From positions 1,056,001 through 1,120,000 of the forward strand of contig CAVZVA010000010.1 in assembly GCA_963778655.1 (NCBI GenBank): a DNA stretch of 64,000 nucleotides. The letters are read 5' to 3'. Each line of letters starts with the position of its first letter. Within the stretch, counting starts at the first letter, position 1. Below the pieces are notes generated by a model, which saw only the letters and a program-made list of their open reading frames with translations, searched no databases and was not told the origin of the DNA. Both the position numbers and the translations under genes were made by a program. Of this stretch, positions 48,401 to 56,399 are shown one piece after another. The stretch is from an uncultured delta proteobacterium (GTDB lineage: Bacteria; Myxococcota_A; Polyangia; Polyangiales; JAFGIB01).

Positions 48401-49960
48401 CACGAGGCGTTCCACCACGGGTCGATGCGCGAGCAAAACGCCGCCTCGGCTGCCCGTGGTCAAGCGCCGAATGAGATCCATGGGCGCTTTTCGCAGGGCC
48501 TGTGCCGCAAGCCGCTCCTTGGCGAAGTGTTGCCGGAAGCGGTAGCCGTTGCCTTCGGTGCGCTCGAAGAGCGGGCTGCGCGCGAGCTCGCGCGCCGCGC
48601 GGTGCAAAGCGCCGTCACCGTCCCGGAGCGCTTCCGCCAATTTCACGGGCGCGCCGTCGGGCCCTCGTGGCCTGTGGCGAGCATCTTCCAGATCAACGGT
48701 CTGCGCGCCTGAGAACTGAAGCACAGCAGCCATGCGCGCTGCGGCCACGCGCCGGGTTCCGATCGATTCGGCAGCGTCCGCTGCCGGTAGCGCGCACAAC
48801 GCGTCAATGACCCGTTCTTCGATCGTTGCAAGATCGTCGTCGTCCCCAGCCTCTGCCAGGGCACCAAGCAGCTTGAAGTCACGCACCAATCCAGGGTCAC
48901 CTAGCCGCCTTACCTGTCTGCGCACGCGTTCAACCATGTCTCGGCCTTGTTGAACGCTCCGGTGCCCGGCCAAGGCTCGGGCCGCCTCGTCAGGATCCAA
49001 CGGCTGCAGATGCCAGGTGATGCTCCCTGTGTTGCCGTTCCAACCGAGCGCGGCGATCGACTCAGGTTCGTGGCTCGGCCGCGAGAACACGAGCACGTGT
49101 AGGCGGCGTGCCTCCGCGTCTCCAACGTCGCGTAGCAGGCGCAGGCAATGGCTGACATCGGCCCCACGATAGAACCCTTCATCGAGTGCATCCACGATCA
49201 CGTAGCCGTGCTCCGTCGATTGTTTCCAGCGTTCCCAATCCCAGATGGGAAGATCCGTCTGGCGTTCACGCTCGAAGCTGAGCAGCCAGACGTAGCTGGA
49301 GCGGAGTTGACGGACAAGCTGCTCGGCAACCCATGTTTTTCCGATCCAGGGATCACCCAGGATCAGGGCCACTCGTTCTCGGACTAGATCTCCGACCAGC
49401 CTGAGCTTACGGCCGCTCGGGTTGGCAATGAGGAATCCCTCGGGATCAAGCGGGCTCTCGCTGGACTTCGCCACATAGCGGCGAACGCTCGGCGTCGCGT
49501 TGCTCGCAGCGAACTCCTTGCCCGGCCGACCCGTCCCCACAGCCGGGAACTGCACCGTGTCGTCCTCTATTTCGACCTCTGGCCAAGGCGGGCACGCGAG
49601 CGATCGCATCAGGGGCCAACTCGGCGCGATTGATCCGGTGCGCGCCCGCTGTGCCATTTGCCCTGCCAGGGCTGCCACATGGTCTGCACTGTCGCTGTTC
49701 TCGGCGTGCGCTCCGATCTGAATTCCGCGGTCGCGCACGATCAAGTCTTCGAAAATACGCCGTGCAATTGTCCAGGTGGTATCTGCCACGCTCACCGACG
49801 CGTCGCGAATCACGACGGCGGTCCGGTGTCCCTGCCACGATGGCACTTCCGCGTCCGCATTGCGCACCAGCGCGTCGACGATCGCACGCGCGTTGCCTAC
49901 TTGGCGCTCGTCGAGCTCGTCGCTGAGCCGAATCGCGATTGCACCGAGCCCCATCGCCAC
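45452..49960 (-). CDS. NACHT/STAND NTPase with a C-terminal PD-(D/E)XK nuclease domain (NLR-like, candidate defence protein)
   Basis: Walker A ILGDPWIGKT, Walker B VIVDALDE, sensor VFSRP, winged-helix-like YRFRQHFAKERLAA, long helical middle, C-terminal NETKLR…DRPDLL…VAIEVKW…HGIYVVGF. Confidence 0.85.
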   Translation of the reverse strand: MAMGLGAIAIRLSDELDERQVGNARAIVDALVRNADAEVPSWQGHRTAVVIRDASVSVADTTWTIARRIFEDLIVRDRGIQIGAHAENSDSADHVAALAGQMAQRARTGSIAPSWPLMRSLACPPWPEVEIEDDTVQFPAVGTGRPGKEFAASNATPSVRRYVAKSSESPLDPEGFLIANPSGRKLRLVGDLVRERVALILGDPWIGKTWVAEQLVRQLRSSYVWLLSFERERQTDLPIWDWERWKQSTEHGYVIVDALDEGFYRGADVSHCLRLLRDVGDAEARRLHVLVFSRPSHEPESIAALGWNGNTGSITWHLQPLDPDEAARALAGHRSVQQGRDMVERVRRQVRRLGDPGLVRDFKLLGALAEAGDDDDLATIEERVIDALCALPAADAAESIGTRRVAAARMAAVLQFSGAQTVDLEDARHRPRGPDGAPVKLAEALRDGDGALHRAARELARSPLFERTEGNGYRFRQHFAKERLAAQALRKAPMDLIRRLTTGSRGGVLLAHRPVVERLVATEGRPHLEALSQETPRPLLEAQAVELFERILNAINAPVRVWNLRHADNFNAFAHPSVAVLAAQCIGDASEHEDRRRLALDIASANADSPDWNDLAQTILTVALDRTAPLELREACVRFLFHHDTPSARALRPRLDELLSEEAPETAVLRAMALSDTLKRGKPVLEVARSAPPEEPRLVDERALLFHELAEKITDDDARAILDQHLGIRCSGLPEHVVSELLEPAFKRLVESVSWSSDDMERLRHALEQHYGVHGMFQVDAAMARRADSDPSARRQLFLAFAATHPYRFQLKPEDATWLAEQAPKVVAPHREILRTCVRFARSPEVDAPSRGRIDAWLRTHHAVFVAQAEADLASVEATNEARRRQRLEADKQEREEQRFVVDVVHEILDDRDLPALRQVQLLGWVLFVPRRFRPTNVLGAVEALGPDLKTELMRRLVVALSEATPTEIPGSRGAYSTNISHEASAFRGAVADDDAWLTGPLVNKWLRSVLFVADDDRATVVAACFRRAERETRSAVLEALRREASHTPFFNVLPALPAEALDDPAFVLNVLEIAASVETKPDAVEAIIWSLAAVMGARLADVLMRISWPDGRLWGVRVARCFLKDGRGIGEVLAEMPDGISLSFLDPLLPRFNYDAWSADACRWPSPALGELATWLLQRFPRTSDPPQYSASGMHEVTRADRYPELRDRALQELIMRTEPAAKAAVEKLKPLDPPISNWASREQSAREIDHILGTAGSMPEPLRPREVAKMLEEQAPSSLRGADDLFHVLMELFERIKTDTPRYADLVWHNEVNARNETKLRMYLQLRLRDLLPARSHGHAGLAAEVPEGYGDRPDLLAFTGTESESVAIEVKWSHDHRWQEDLEKLARNYVVDQHRAHGIYVVGFTGRRSRRTIEEVERTLCDLAVNLQSRDEGIRLGVVVLPVMRSVSTPSVSRRRRSAPGRTASSSARSTRSAGTRNASKSVARTSGRRKRSAGRNTA

Positions 49961-49961
49961 G

Positions 49962-51128
49962 TCAGGCCCGCGTAAAGACAGTCAATTGGAATTCGCCCGT
50001 ATCGACACTGATCTGCGGCTCAGGCAAGCTTTGCTGTGCGAGCAGCCGGAAGATCTCGGGTACACCGATGCCCAGATTGTCCCTCTGTCCCTTGCGCGCG
50101 ACAGCGGAAGCGATGTGCGGGTTGCGAGGCTGCTTCGTGCCCGCCAAGCGGACGCTCTCCACCGTCAGCCGGTTCAGCAGCACGCCAGGATTGGTGATCT
50201 CGACGCGGTTGTCGAACACGAACACGCGCACTTGATTCGGAGACGCATAGTCGCGATGGGTCACGGCATTTGTGATGACTTCGCGCCAGACCTCGAGCGG
50301 CACGCCCGCCGTCACGCGCTCAAGGCCCTTGACGCTCGACGGAGTAGGCACGTGACGGATGAGAAAAGCTACAGCCGCTTCGATCTGGCTGAACACGTTT
50401 CCGCAGACCTCGGCGCGATCCTTGAACGTCCCGCTCGCGTGCAGGCCAGGAAAGCGCACGGCGCTCACATAGGCGCCGGGAAGGAATCGCGTCGGTTCGC
50501 TGCCAAACAATACGATGCCGCTCACGGTGGGGTGACCCGCGGCATCGATCGCTTGCAGTGCGCTCAGGTAGCGTTCGGTCTGTTCTGCGTGGGCGGCCGG
50601 GTACGCCACACGTAGGAAGTCGGCAATTGCTGTGTCGTCTAGATCCGTGCGGCTCGCGCTGTCGACGACTTGTTCGTCGAGGTAGTGCAGATTGGATCCC
50701 GACGTCAGCAGCGTCTTCAGCTCATCGGGTTGAGCCTCTCGCGAGCTCGGTCCGTCGCGGATGAAGTATTTGCTTGCTCCGCGGAACGGTCGACCCGGCA
50801 AGAACTCCGGTACGTGGGCTACGATGACCAGCTTCCCGTCCACTTCGATCGCGAGCGTGCGTGGCGACAGGGGCGGCGTCACCGCGCTGGCGGCGATCTG
50901 TCCGATGTGGCGCTGCAGGGCGTCGGAGTCGCTGCGGTTTCCGATGCCGGTGATCAGCCCTGAGTCTTCAACTCCGAAGATCAGGTCTCCGCCGCCCGAG
51001 TTCGCAAAAGCGACGAGCGCCTTGGCCACGTCGTCCGCCCGTGGCAGCACCCCGGGAGCGACGCCTTTGAGCTCGGTGCGCGAGTCCTCGCCAGACCGCG
51101 CTCGGCCACGAATTTCCTCGTCGTCCAT
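49962..51128 (-). CDS. Schlafen/AlbA_2 domain protein with C-terminal HATPase_c_4 (RecG-C-like) domain
   Basis: GEDSRTELK, ALVAFANSGGGDLIFGVED, YFIRDGPSSR, REVITNAVTHRDY, FDNRVEITNPG, RNPHIA, LGIGV. Confidence 0.92.
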   Translation of the reverse strand: MDDEEIRGRARSGEDSRTELKGVAPGVLPRADDVAKALVAFANSGGGDLIFGVEDSGLITGIGNRSDSDALQRHIGQIAASAVTPPLSPRTLAIEVDGKLVIVAHVPEFLPGRPFRGASKYFIRDGPSSREAQPDELKTLLTSGSNLHYLDEQVVDSASRTDLDDTAIADFLRVAYPAAHAEQTERYLSALQAIDAAGHPTVSGIVLFGSEPTRFLPGAYVSAVRFPGLHASGTFKDRAEVCGNVFSQIEAAVAFLIRHVPTPSSVKGLERVTAGVPLEVWREVITNAVTHRDYASPNQVRVFVFDNRVEITNPGVLLNRLTVESVRLAGTKQPRNPHIASAVARKGQRDNLGIGVPEIFRLLAQQSLPEPQISVDTGEFQLTVFTRA

Positions 51129-51265
51129 GCTCGGTGGGCAGGGTACCCCGGCCGGGTGCGACCTGCACCAATTGAGCTGGCTTTCAGCCCCTTCATCGTT
51201 GGGCACCAAGTGGTGCGAGACGTCGAGTCCGACAGCCGGAGTTGGCGCGATGGATAGCTGCCGCT

Positions 51266-52534
51266 TCAGCGAAAGCGCGTGAACTGCGCGACGCGGGTGG
51301 CGCGGCCGAAGCCGGTGGCCGTACGCGCGCTGCCGCCGAGCTGGCCCGCGCTGTCGTCGCCCCAGCACAGGGCACGGCCGTTGCTGTCGACCGCGCAGGT
51401 GTGCAAGCCGCCGGCGCTGAGCACGCTCACGCCGTCGAGGTAGGGCGTCTCGGTGTCGTCGACCGGGGGCAGGACCACGACCGGCTTCAGGCTGTCCGGG
51501 GCGCGGCCGATGCCGAGCTGACCTTCGGCGTTGCGGCCCCAGCACTCGACCAGGAAGTCCTTGTCCACCGCGCAGCTGTGGCCGACCGGGTCGCCGGCCA
51601 GCTCGGTGCCACCGGCCGCGACATCAAGGGCCTGCTCCAAGCCCTTGACCGCGACCGGCGTGGCGCTGGCGTGGGTGGTGCCGTCGCCGAGCTGGCCGCT
51701 GTCGTTGCGGCCCCAGCACACCACGTGCCCTCCCTCGAGCAACGCGCAGCTATGGCCCGCACCGGCCGTGATCGCGGTGGCGCCGCGCACGCCCGGTACC
51801 TCGACCGCGTCGGCGCCGGCGCGCGGCTCGCCGCTGTCGGGATCGATCAGCTCGCCCCAACACAGCACGCGCCCGCTACCGAGCAGCGCGCAGCTGTGAC
51901 GCGCGCCGGCCGCGACCTGGACCGCGCCGTCGGTGCCCGGGACGCGGCCCGGGCCGAGCGCGCCGTCCATCACCGCGCGCCCGACCTGACCGTAACGCGC
52001 GCTGCCCCAGCACACCGCCGCGGCCGCGACCACGGCGCAGCTGTGCGCCGCGCCCGCGGCGATGCCGGTGGCTTGCGCGATCGGCACCGGCGTCGGGCTG
52101 CGCACCGGGCGGCTGCGCGCGACGCCGTCGACCTGGCCTTCGGCGTCGCGTCCCCAGCACAGCGTGGTGCCCTGCTTGTCGAGCGCGCAGCTGTGGCTGC
52201 CGCCGGTGGCGACGGCCGTGATTCGGGACAGCACCGGCTTGTCGCTGCCGGCGTCCTCGTCGCTGCCCAGCGTGCCGAGCTGCCCCTCGGCGTCGCTGCC
52301 CCAGCAGTAGAGCTCGCCGGCTTGGGCGATCGCGCAGGAGTGCGCACCGCCCGCCGCGATCTTCGCCGCGCGGCAGCGCTGCTGGCCGGGGTCGCAGGCA
52401 GGCGGCCCGGCATCCGGCTTGGGTGCGGGCTCGATGCGCGCGTCGTGCAAGCTGCAGCTGGGCGTGGGGGAGCAGCCGACGTGCGTGTCGCTGCCGCTGC
52501 ACGCGACCACGAACAGCGCCAGCCAAGTCGTCAT
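51266..52534 (-). CDS. RCC1-repeat (beta-propeller) lipoprotein
   Basis: Lipobox VVAC and seven AGxxHSCA…CWG…GQLG-type repeats. Confidence 0.92.
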   Translation of the reverse strand: MTTWLALFVVACSGSDTHVGCSPTPSCSLHDARIEPAPKPDAGPPACDPGQQRCRAAKIAAGGAHSCAIAQAGELYCWGSDAEGQLGTLGSDEDAGSDKPVLSRITAVATGGSHSCALDKQGTTLCWGRDAEGQVDGVARSRPVRSPTPVPIAQATGIAAGAAHSCAVVAAAAVCWGSARYGQVGRAVMDGALGPGRVPGTDGAVQVAAGARHSCALLGSGRVLCWGELIDPDSGEPRAGADAVEVPGVRGATAITAGAGHSCALLEGGHVVCWGRNDSGQLGDGTTHASATPVAVKGLEQALDVAAGGTELAGDPVGHSCAVDKDFLVECWGRNAEGQLGIGRAPDSLKPVVVLPPVDDTETPYLDGVSVLSAGGLHTCAVDSNGRALCWGDDSAGQLGGSARTATGFGRATRVAQFTRFR

Positions 52535-52576
52535 GCGCGGCCGGTAGCGCCCAAGCGCGTGGAACCACGCCCACAC

Positions 52577-53053
52577 GAGGGAGCGAAGCGAGCCGCGCGG
52601 GAGGGTGGGGCCCCGACGGCTTTGCCGGCGGGGCGGGAGGGTCGCGTGACCCGAGGGCTGGAGGAAGCGGAGTAGGAGGGAGCGAAGCGAGCCGCGCGGG
52701 AGGGTGGGGCCCCGACGGCTTTGCCGGCGGGGCGGGAGGGTCGCGTGACCCGAGGGCTGGAGGAAGCGGAGTAGGAGGGAGCGAAGCGAGCCGCGCGGGA
52801 GGGTGGGGCCCCGACGGCTTTGCCGGCGGGGCGGGAGGGTCGCGTGACCCGAGGGCTGGAGGAAGCGGAGTAGGAGGGAGCGAAGCGAGCCGCGCGGGAG
52901 GGTGGGGCCCCGACGGCTTTGCCGGCGGGGCGGGAGGGTCGCGTGACCCGAGGGCTGGAGGAAGCGGAGTAGGAGGGAGCGAAGCGAGCCGCGCGGGAGG
53001 GTGGGGCCCCAACGGCTTGGCCGGCGGGGCGGGAGGGTCGCGTGACCCTCCCG
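52577..53053. repeat. 99-bp tandem array of a palindromic REP-like unit (4 identical copies plus an 81-bp variant)
   Basis: Unit starts GAGGGAGCGAAGCGAG at 52577, 52676, 52775, 52874 and 52973. Contains hairpins GCCCCG-A-CGGC-TTT-GCCG-G-CGGGGC and GGGTC-GCGT-GACCC. Confidence 0.95.
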
Positions 53054-53060
53054 TTCATAA

Positions 53061-55541
53061 TTAGATTTCACCGCGCACCCCCAGATTCGGGAAGAAGATC
53101 GCGGGCAGGTACACGGTCTGGCAGCGGCGCGGCGAGCCGGTGCACACGATCTCGACCGGCTCGCGCGCGAGCGTCGCGTTGAACCACTCGAGCCCCACGC
53201 GCAGCCGGCCCCACGAGGTGCGCCAGGCGTACGCGAGCTCGAGGTCGAGCCGCCCGAACCAGGGCATGCGGCGTTCTTCGCGCGCGAGCCGCAGCGCGTT
53301 GTCGAGCACAAACGCGCCCTGCAGCTTGCCGGAGCGCAGCTGCAGCCGCGCGCCCGACGAGAAACCTTTACCCATCCTCCATTGCAGCACCAGGTTGCCG
53401 ACGTGGCGAACGTCCCAGGTGGGCGTGTAGTGAAGGCCGGCCACGTCGTCGACCGCGGACCAGGCCAGCGTGTACGAGAGCCAGCCCGACAGCCGCTCGG
53501 TCACCGGCCGTTTGAGAAACAGCTCGCCGCCGTACGAGAAGCCGTCGATGCGCTTGGGCACGCTGGCGCCGCCGCACTGGATCTTGGCGCAGATCATGTC
53601 GAACGAATCCTGCAGCAGCAGCGCGTCGGTGAACACCAGATTGGCATAGTGGTGCAGAAAGCCCTGCAGCTCCACGCGCAGCCCGAGCGGCGTGTCCCAG
53701 CCGACGCCCGCCTCGCTCTGGATCGCCGCCTGCAGGCCGTTGTCGTTGGCCAGGTCCGCGATGCCCGGCAGCGGCAGATAGAATACCGCGGGCTGGTGCA
53801 CCACGCCGCCGGCCACGTGCAGCTCGAGCGCGTCGCTCGGGTGCAGGATCAGGCGCAAGCGCGGATCGATCACCGCCTCGGCCGCCGCGCCCTGCACCCA
53901 GGCGTCGGCGCGCGCGCCGAGCTGCAGCTCGAGCAGCGGGATCGGCCGCAGCCCGAGCTCCGCCTGCAGCCCCCACATGCTGCGTGCGGGCACGTCGCCG
54001 AACAGCGCGCTGCGCAGCTCGCCGCGGCCCATGTTGGCGACGGCCTGGTCGCTGTTGAAGAAGCCTGCCACGCCGATCAGGTCGCCCGAGATGCGCAGCC
54101 GGGTGTGCGGGTCGAAGCGGGTCTCGACCCAGGCGCGCGGGCTGACGCGCGTGGAGCGCAAGCGAAAGCCCGAGCCGAGCACCGACTCGTCCCAGCCGAG
54201 CAGCAGCGCCATGCCGACTTCGGTCTTGCCCACGCGGTGCACCAGCCGTGGCTCCAGCCGATGAAACGTGATGGTGACGTTGCTGTTGGGCCGATCGGAG
54301 AAGCTGAGCGAGTCGTACGAGCCGAGCGCGACCAGCTCGAAGCGGTCGCGGCCGGAGAGCGCGTTCTGGTAGCGCAGCTGGTAGTCCCAGTAGGCCAGCC
54401 CCACGGTCGGGCTCAGCACGGACAGCAACAACCCCGGATAGCCGTAGCGCACTGCGCCGGTCACGCTGCCGCCGAGCGCGGGCGCCTGCAGGTAGGCCGA
54501 GACGTCGAGCAGGCGCAGCTCGGCCTCGGCGTGGGTGAATCCGTCGGGCGCCGCGGGGCCTTCGCCCACGATCACGCCGCCGGTCAGGCGCCCGTAGCGC
54601 GCCGGAGCCACGCCGGCGTAGAGCCGAATCGGGCCCACCATGCGCGGGTGAATCACCGCGGGGCCGATCGCCAGGTGATACAGCGTCGGCACCGCGATGT
54701 CGTCATAGACGTAGAGCGTGCCGGCCGGCGGCGCGCCGCGGATGAAGAAGTAGGGTAGCCCCGATAGCGCCGGCACCACCCCCGGCAATGCGTCCACCGC
54801 GCGAAACGGATCGCCGAACGCGCCCGGCAGGTCGCGCATCTCCGCCAGCACCAGCCGGCGCATGCCCGGCTCGGGCTGCGCCACGCGCGCGACCGCGCCG
54901 AACTGGGGCTCGGGCTCGGGCTCGGCGGCCGCGGCCGCGGCCGCGGGGCTCAGCGCCGGCTGTGCGGGCGGCGCGCCTGCGGGCGCGCCGGGCGCCTGCG
55001 GCGTCGAGGCAGGTTGGGCGGTTGTCGCCGGCCCCGACTGCGATTGCGCCGGGGCGGACGCGGCCGGCGCGAGCGCGAGCGCGAGCCGCACGCGCGCCGC
55101 CACCGGCTGGCCGGCGCGCAGCGCGGGCTCGAAGCGTGCGGCCGCGACCGACGCGGCCACCGCCGCGCAGATCGCCTCGCCTGCGTCGCACTGCTCGAGC
55201 TCGGCGGCGCCGCCGGCCGACACCCGCACCACCACATCCACCCTTCCACCCGGGGGCAGCGCTGCGTGCTCTGGCACGTGCACCTGCGGCAGCTGCAGCA
55301 AGCGCGGGGGCACCCGCGCGGGCTCGCTGGGTTGCGGTGCCGGCCGCGCCTGGGCTGCGGGCGGGTGCTCGGCCTGCGCCGCGGCGGGCTGCGCCTGCGC
55401 GCGCGTCGCGAGCGCGGCGAGCGCCAAAAGCACACGGCACAGCAGCCGCGTGCGCGCAGCGTGACGGGCGAGCGAGCACGGGGCGTGTCGAGCCATCGCA
55501 GCTTGCGGCAAGGCGAGCTCGAGCCTTGCGCGCTCCACCAT
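53061..55541 (-). CDS. TonB-dependent receptor with an N-terminal TonB-C-like domain
   Basis: Signal peptide, FEPALRAGQPV TonB-C-like domain, plug LPGAFGDPFRAVDALPGV…IRG…PARYG…GG, barrel strands ending PNLGVRGEI. Start may be 55496. Confidence 0.88.
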   Translation of the reverse strand: MVERARLELALPQAAMARHAPCSLARHAARTRLLCRVLLALAALATRAQAQPAAAQAEHPPAAQARPAPQPSEPARVPPRLLQLPQVHVPEHAALPPGGRVDVVVRVSAGGAAELEQCDAGEAICAAVAASVAAARFEPALRAGQPVAARVRLALALAPAASAPAQSQSGPATTAQPASTPQAPGAPAGAPPAQPALSPAAAAAAAEPEPEPQFGAVARVAQPEPGMRRLVLAEMRDLPGAFGDPFRAVDALPGVVPALSGLPYFFIRGAPPAGTLYVYDDIAVPTLYHLAIGPAVIHPRMVGPIRLYAGVAPARYGRLTGGVIVGEGPAAPDGFTHAEAELRLLDVSAYLQAPALGGSVTGAVRYGYPGLLLSVLSPTVGLAYWDYQLRYQNALSGRDRFELVALGSYDSLSFSDRPNSNVTITFHRLEPRLVHRVGKTEVGMALLLGWDESVLGSGFRLRSTRVSPRAWVETRFDPHTRLRISGDLIGVAGFFNSDQAVANMGRGELRSALFGDVPARSMWGLQAELGLRPIPLLELQLGARADAWVQGAAAEAVIDPRLRLILHPSDALELHVAGGVVHQPAVFYLPLPGIADLANDNGLQAAIQSEAGVGWDTPLGLRVELQGFLHHYANLVFTDALLLQDSFDMICAKIQCGGASVPKRIDGFSYGGELFLKRPVTERLSGWLSYTLAWSAVDDVAGLHYTPTWDVRHVGNLVLQWRMGKGFSSGARLQLRSGKLQGAFVLDNALRLAREERRMPWFGRLDLELAYAWRTSWGRLRVGLEWFNATLAREPVEIVCTGSPRRCQTVYLPAIFFPNLGVRGEI

Positions 55542-55574
55542 ACCCCTGCTGCCCCGGCACGGCTCGCGATTCGC

Positions 55575-56363
55575 TCAGACCACCTGCCCGGTGGGGCCCA
55601 CCGGCTTCTCGCGCGAAAGGTACAGCGAAAGCCCGTACGCGAGCCCCAGCAAGAAGCCTGCTGGTACGTGCCAGCGCAGCAGGTGTGCGATGCTCTGGTC
55701 GGCGCAACGCAGCAGCAGCGCCAGGTTGGCCACCACTCCGGCCGCCGCTACCGCCAGCAGCGCTCCGCCGCGCCCGCGATGGCCCGTGCGATCGCACGCG
55801 CGCAGCGCGCCGAGCGGCAACAGCGCGACCAGCATGCCGAACGGCAGGCAACCGTGCCGCGCCGCAAGCGCCGCAGCCGGCTGGACGCGCGCGCACAGCA
55901 GCGCGCCCAGCACAGGCAGCGCGAGCGCGCTCAGCCCGAGCGCGTTGCGCAGGGCGACACGCTCCGGCTCGTGCAGCGGGCGCAGCGCCTCCCGGATCAG
56001 CACGACGTAGGCGATCGCGTACGCGACGGCGACCGCCAGCGTCACGCCGCCGAGCCGGCCGAGATCGGCGCGACCCGCGAGCACCGCCACCGCCAGCACG
56101 GGCAGCAGCCCGGCGGCAGCCGCGAGCCGGCGCCGCCAGGGCGTGGCTCGGCTGCGCAGCCACGAAAGCGGCCCGCGCTCGGCCGCGATCTGGGCCTCGA
56201 CGCCACGGCGCAGCGCTTCGAGATCGGGCAGCCCGCCCGCCGCTTGCTCGGCGAGCCGTCGCGCGACCAGGACCGCGCAGGGCTCGCACAGCCGCAGGTG
56301 CTCCTCGGCCTCGGCGGTGAGCTCGCCTGCCGCAAGCCGTCGCTGGAGCTCCTCGCACTTCAT
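55575..56363 (-). CDS. Anti-sigma-like membrane protein (zinc-finger HxxxCxxC plus NrsF/DUF1109-like TM region)
   Basis: MKCEE…EHLRLCEPC, about 6 TM helices, HGCLPFG and LRC…HLLRWH. Confidence 0.7.
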   Translation of the reverse strand: MKCEELQRRLAAGELTAEAEEHLRLCEPCAVLVARRLAEQAAGGLPDLEALRRGVEAQIAAERGPLSWLRSRATPWRRRLAAAAGLLPVLAVAVLAGRADLGRLGGVTLAVAVAYAIAYVVLIREALRPLHEPERVALRNALGLSALALPVLGALLCARVQPAAALAARHGCLPFGMLVALLPLGALRACDRTGHRGRGGALLAVAAAGVVANLALLLRCADQSIAHLLRWHVPAGFLLGLAYGLSLYLSREKPVGPTGQVV

Positions 56364-56399
56364 CGCTCTGCCAAGTCTAGCTGTTCCCCGAGGCCCACG

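Noticed and set aside
49962..51128. RecG DNA helicase or transcriptional regulator label
   Set aside because: No SF2 helicase motifs and no terminal HTH. Only the AlbA_2 and HATPase_c_4 domains that often attract this label are present.
52577..53053. CRISPR array
   Set aside because: The would-be spacers are identical, the repeat is 76 nt long and there are no cas genes.
52535..53311. N-terminal extension of the RCC1 ORF (681 aa in the track)
   Set aside because: It only translates the DNA repeat and overlaps the TonB receptor gene. The signal peptide and lipobox start at 52534.
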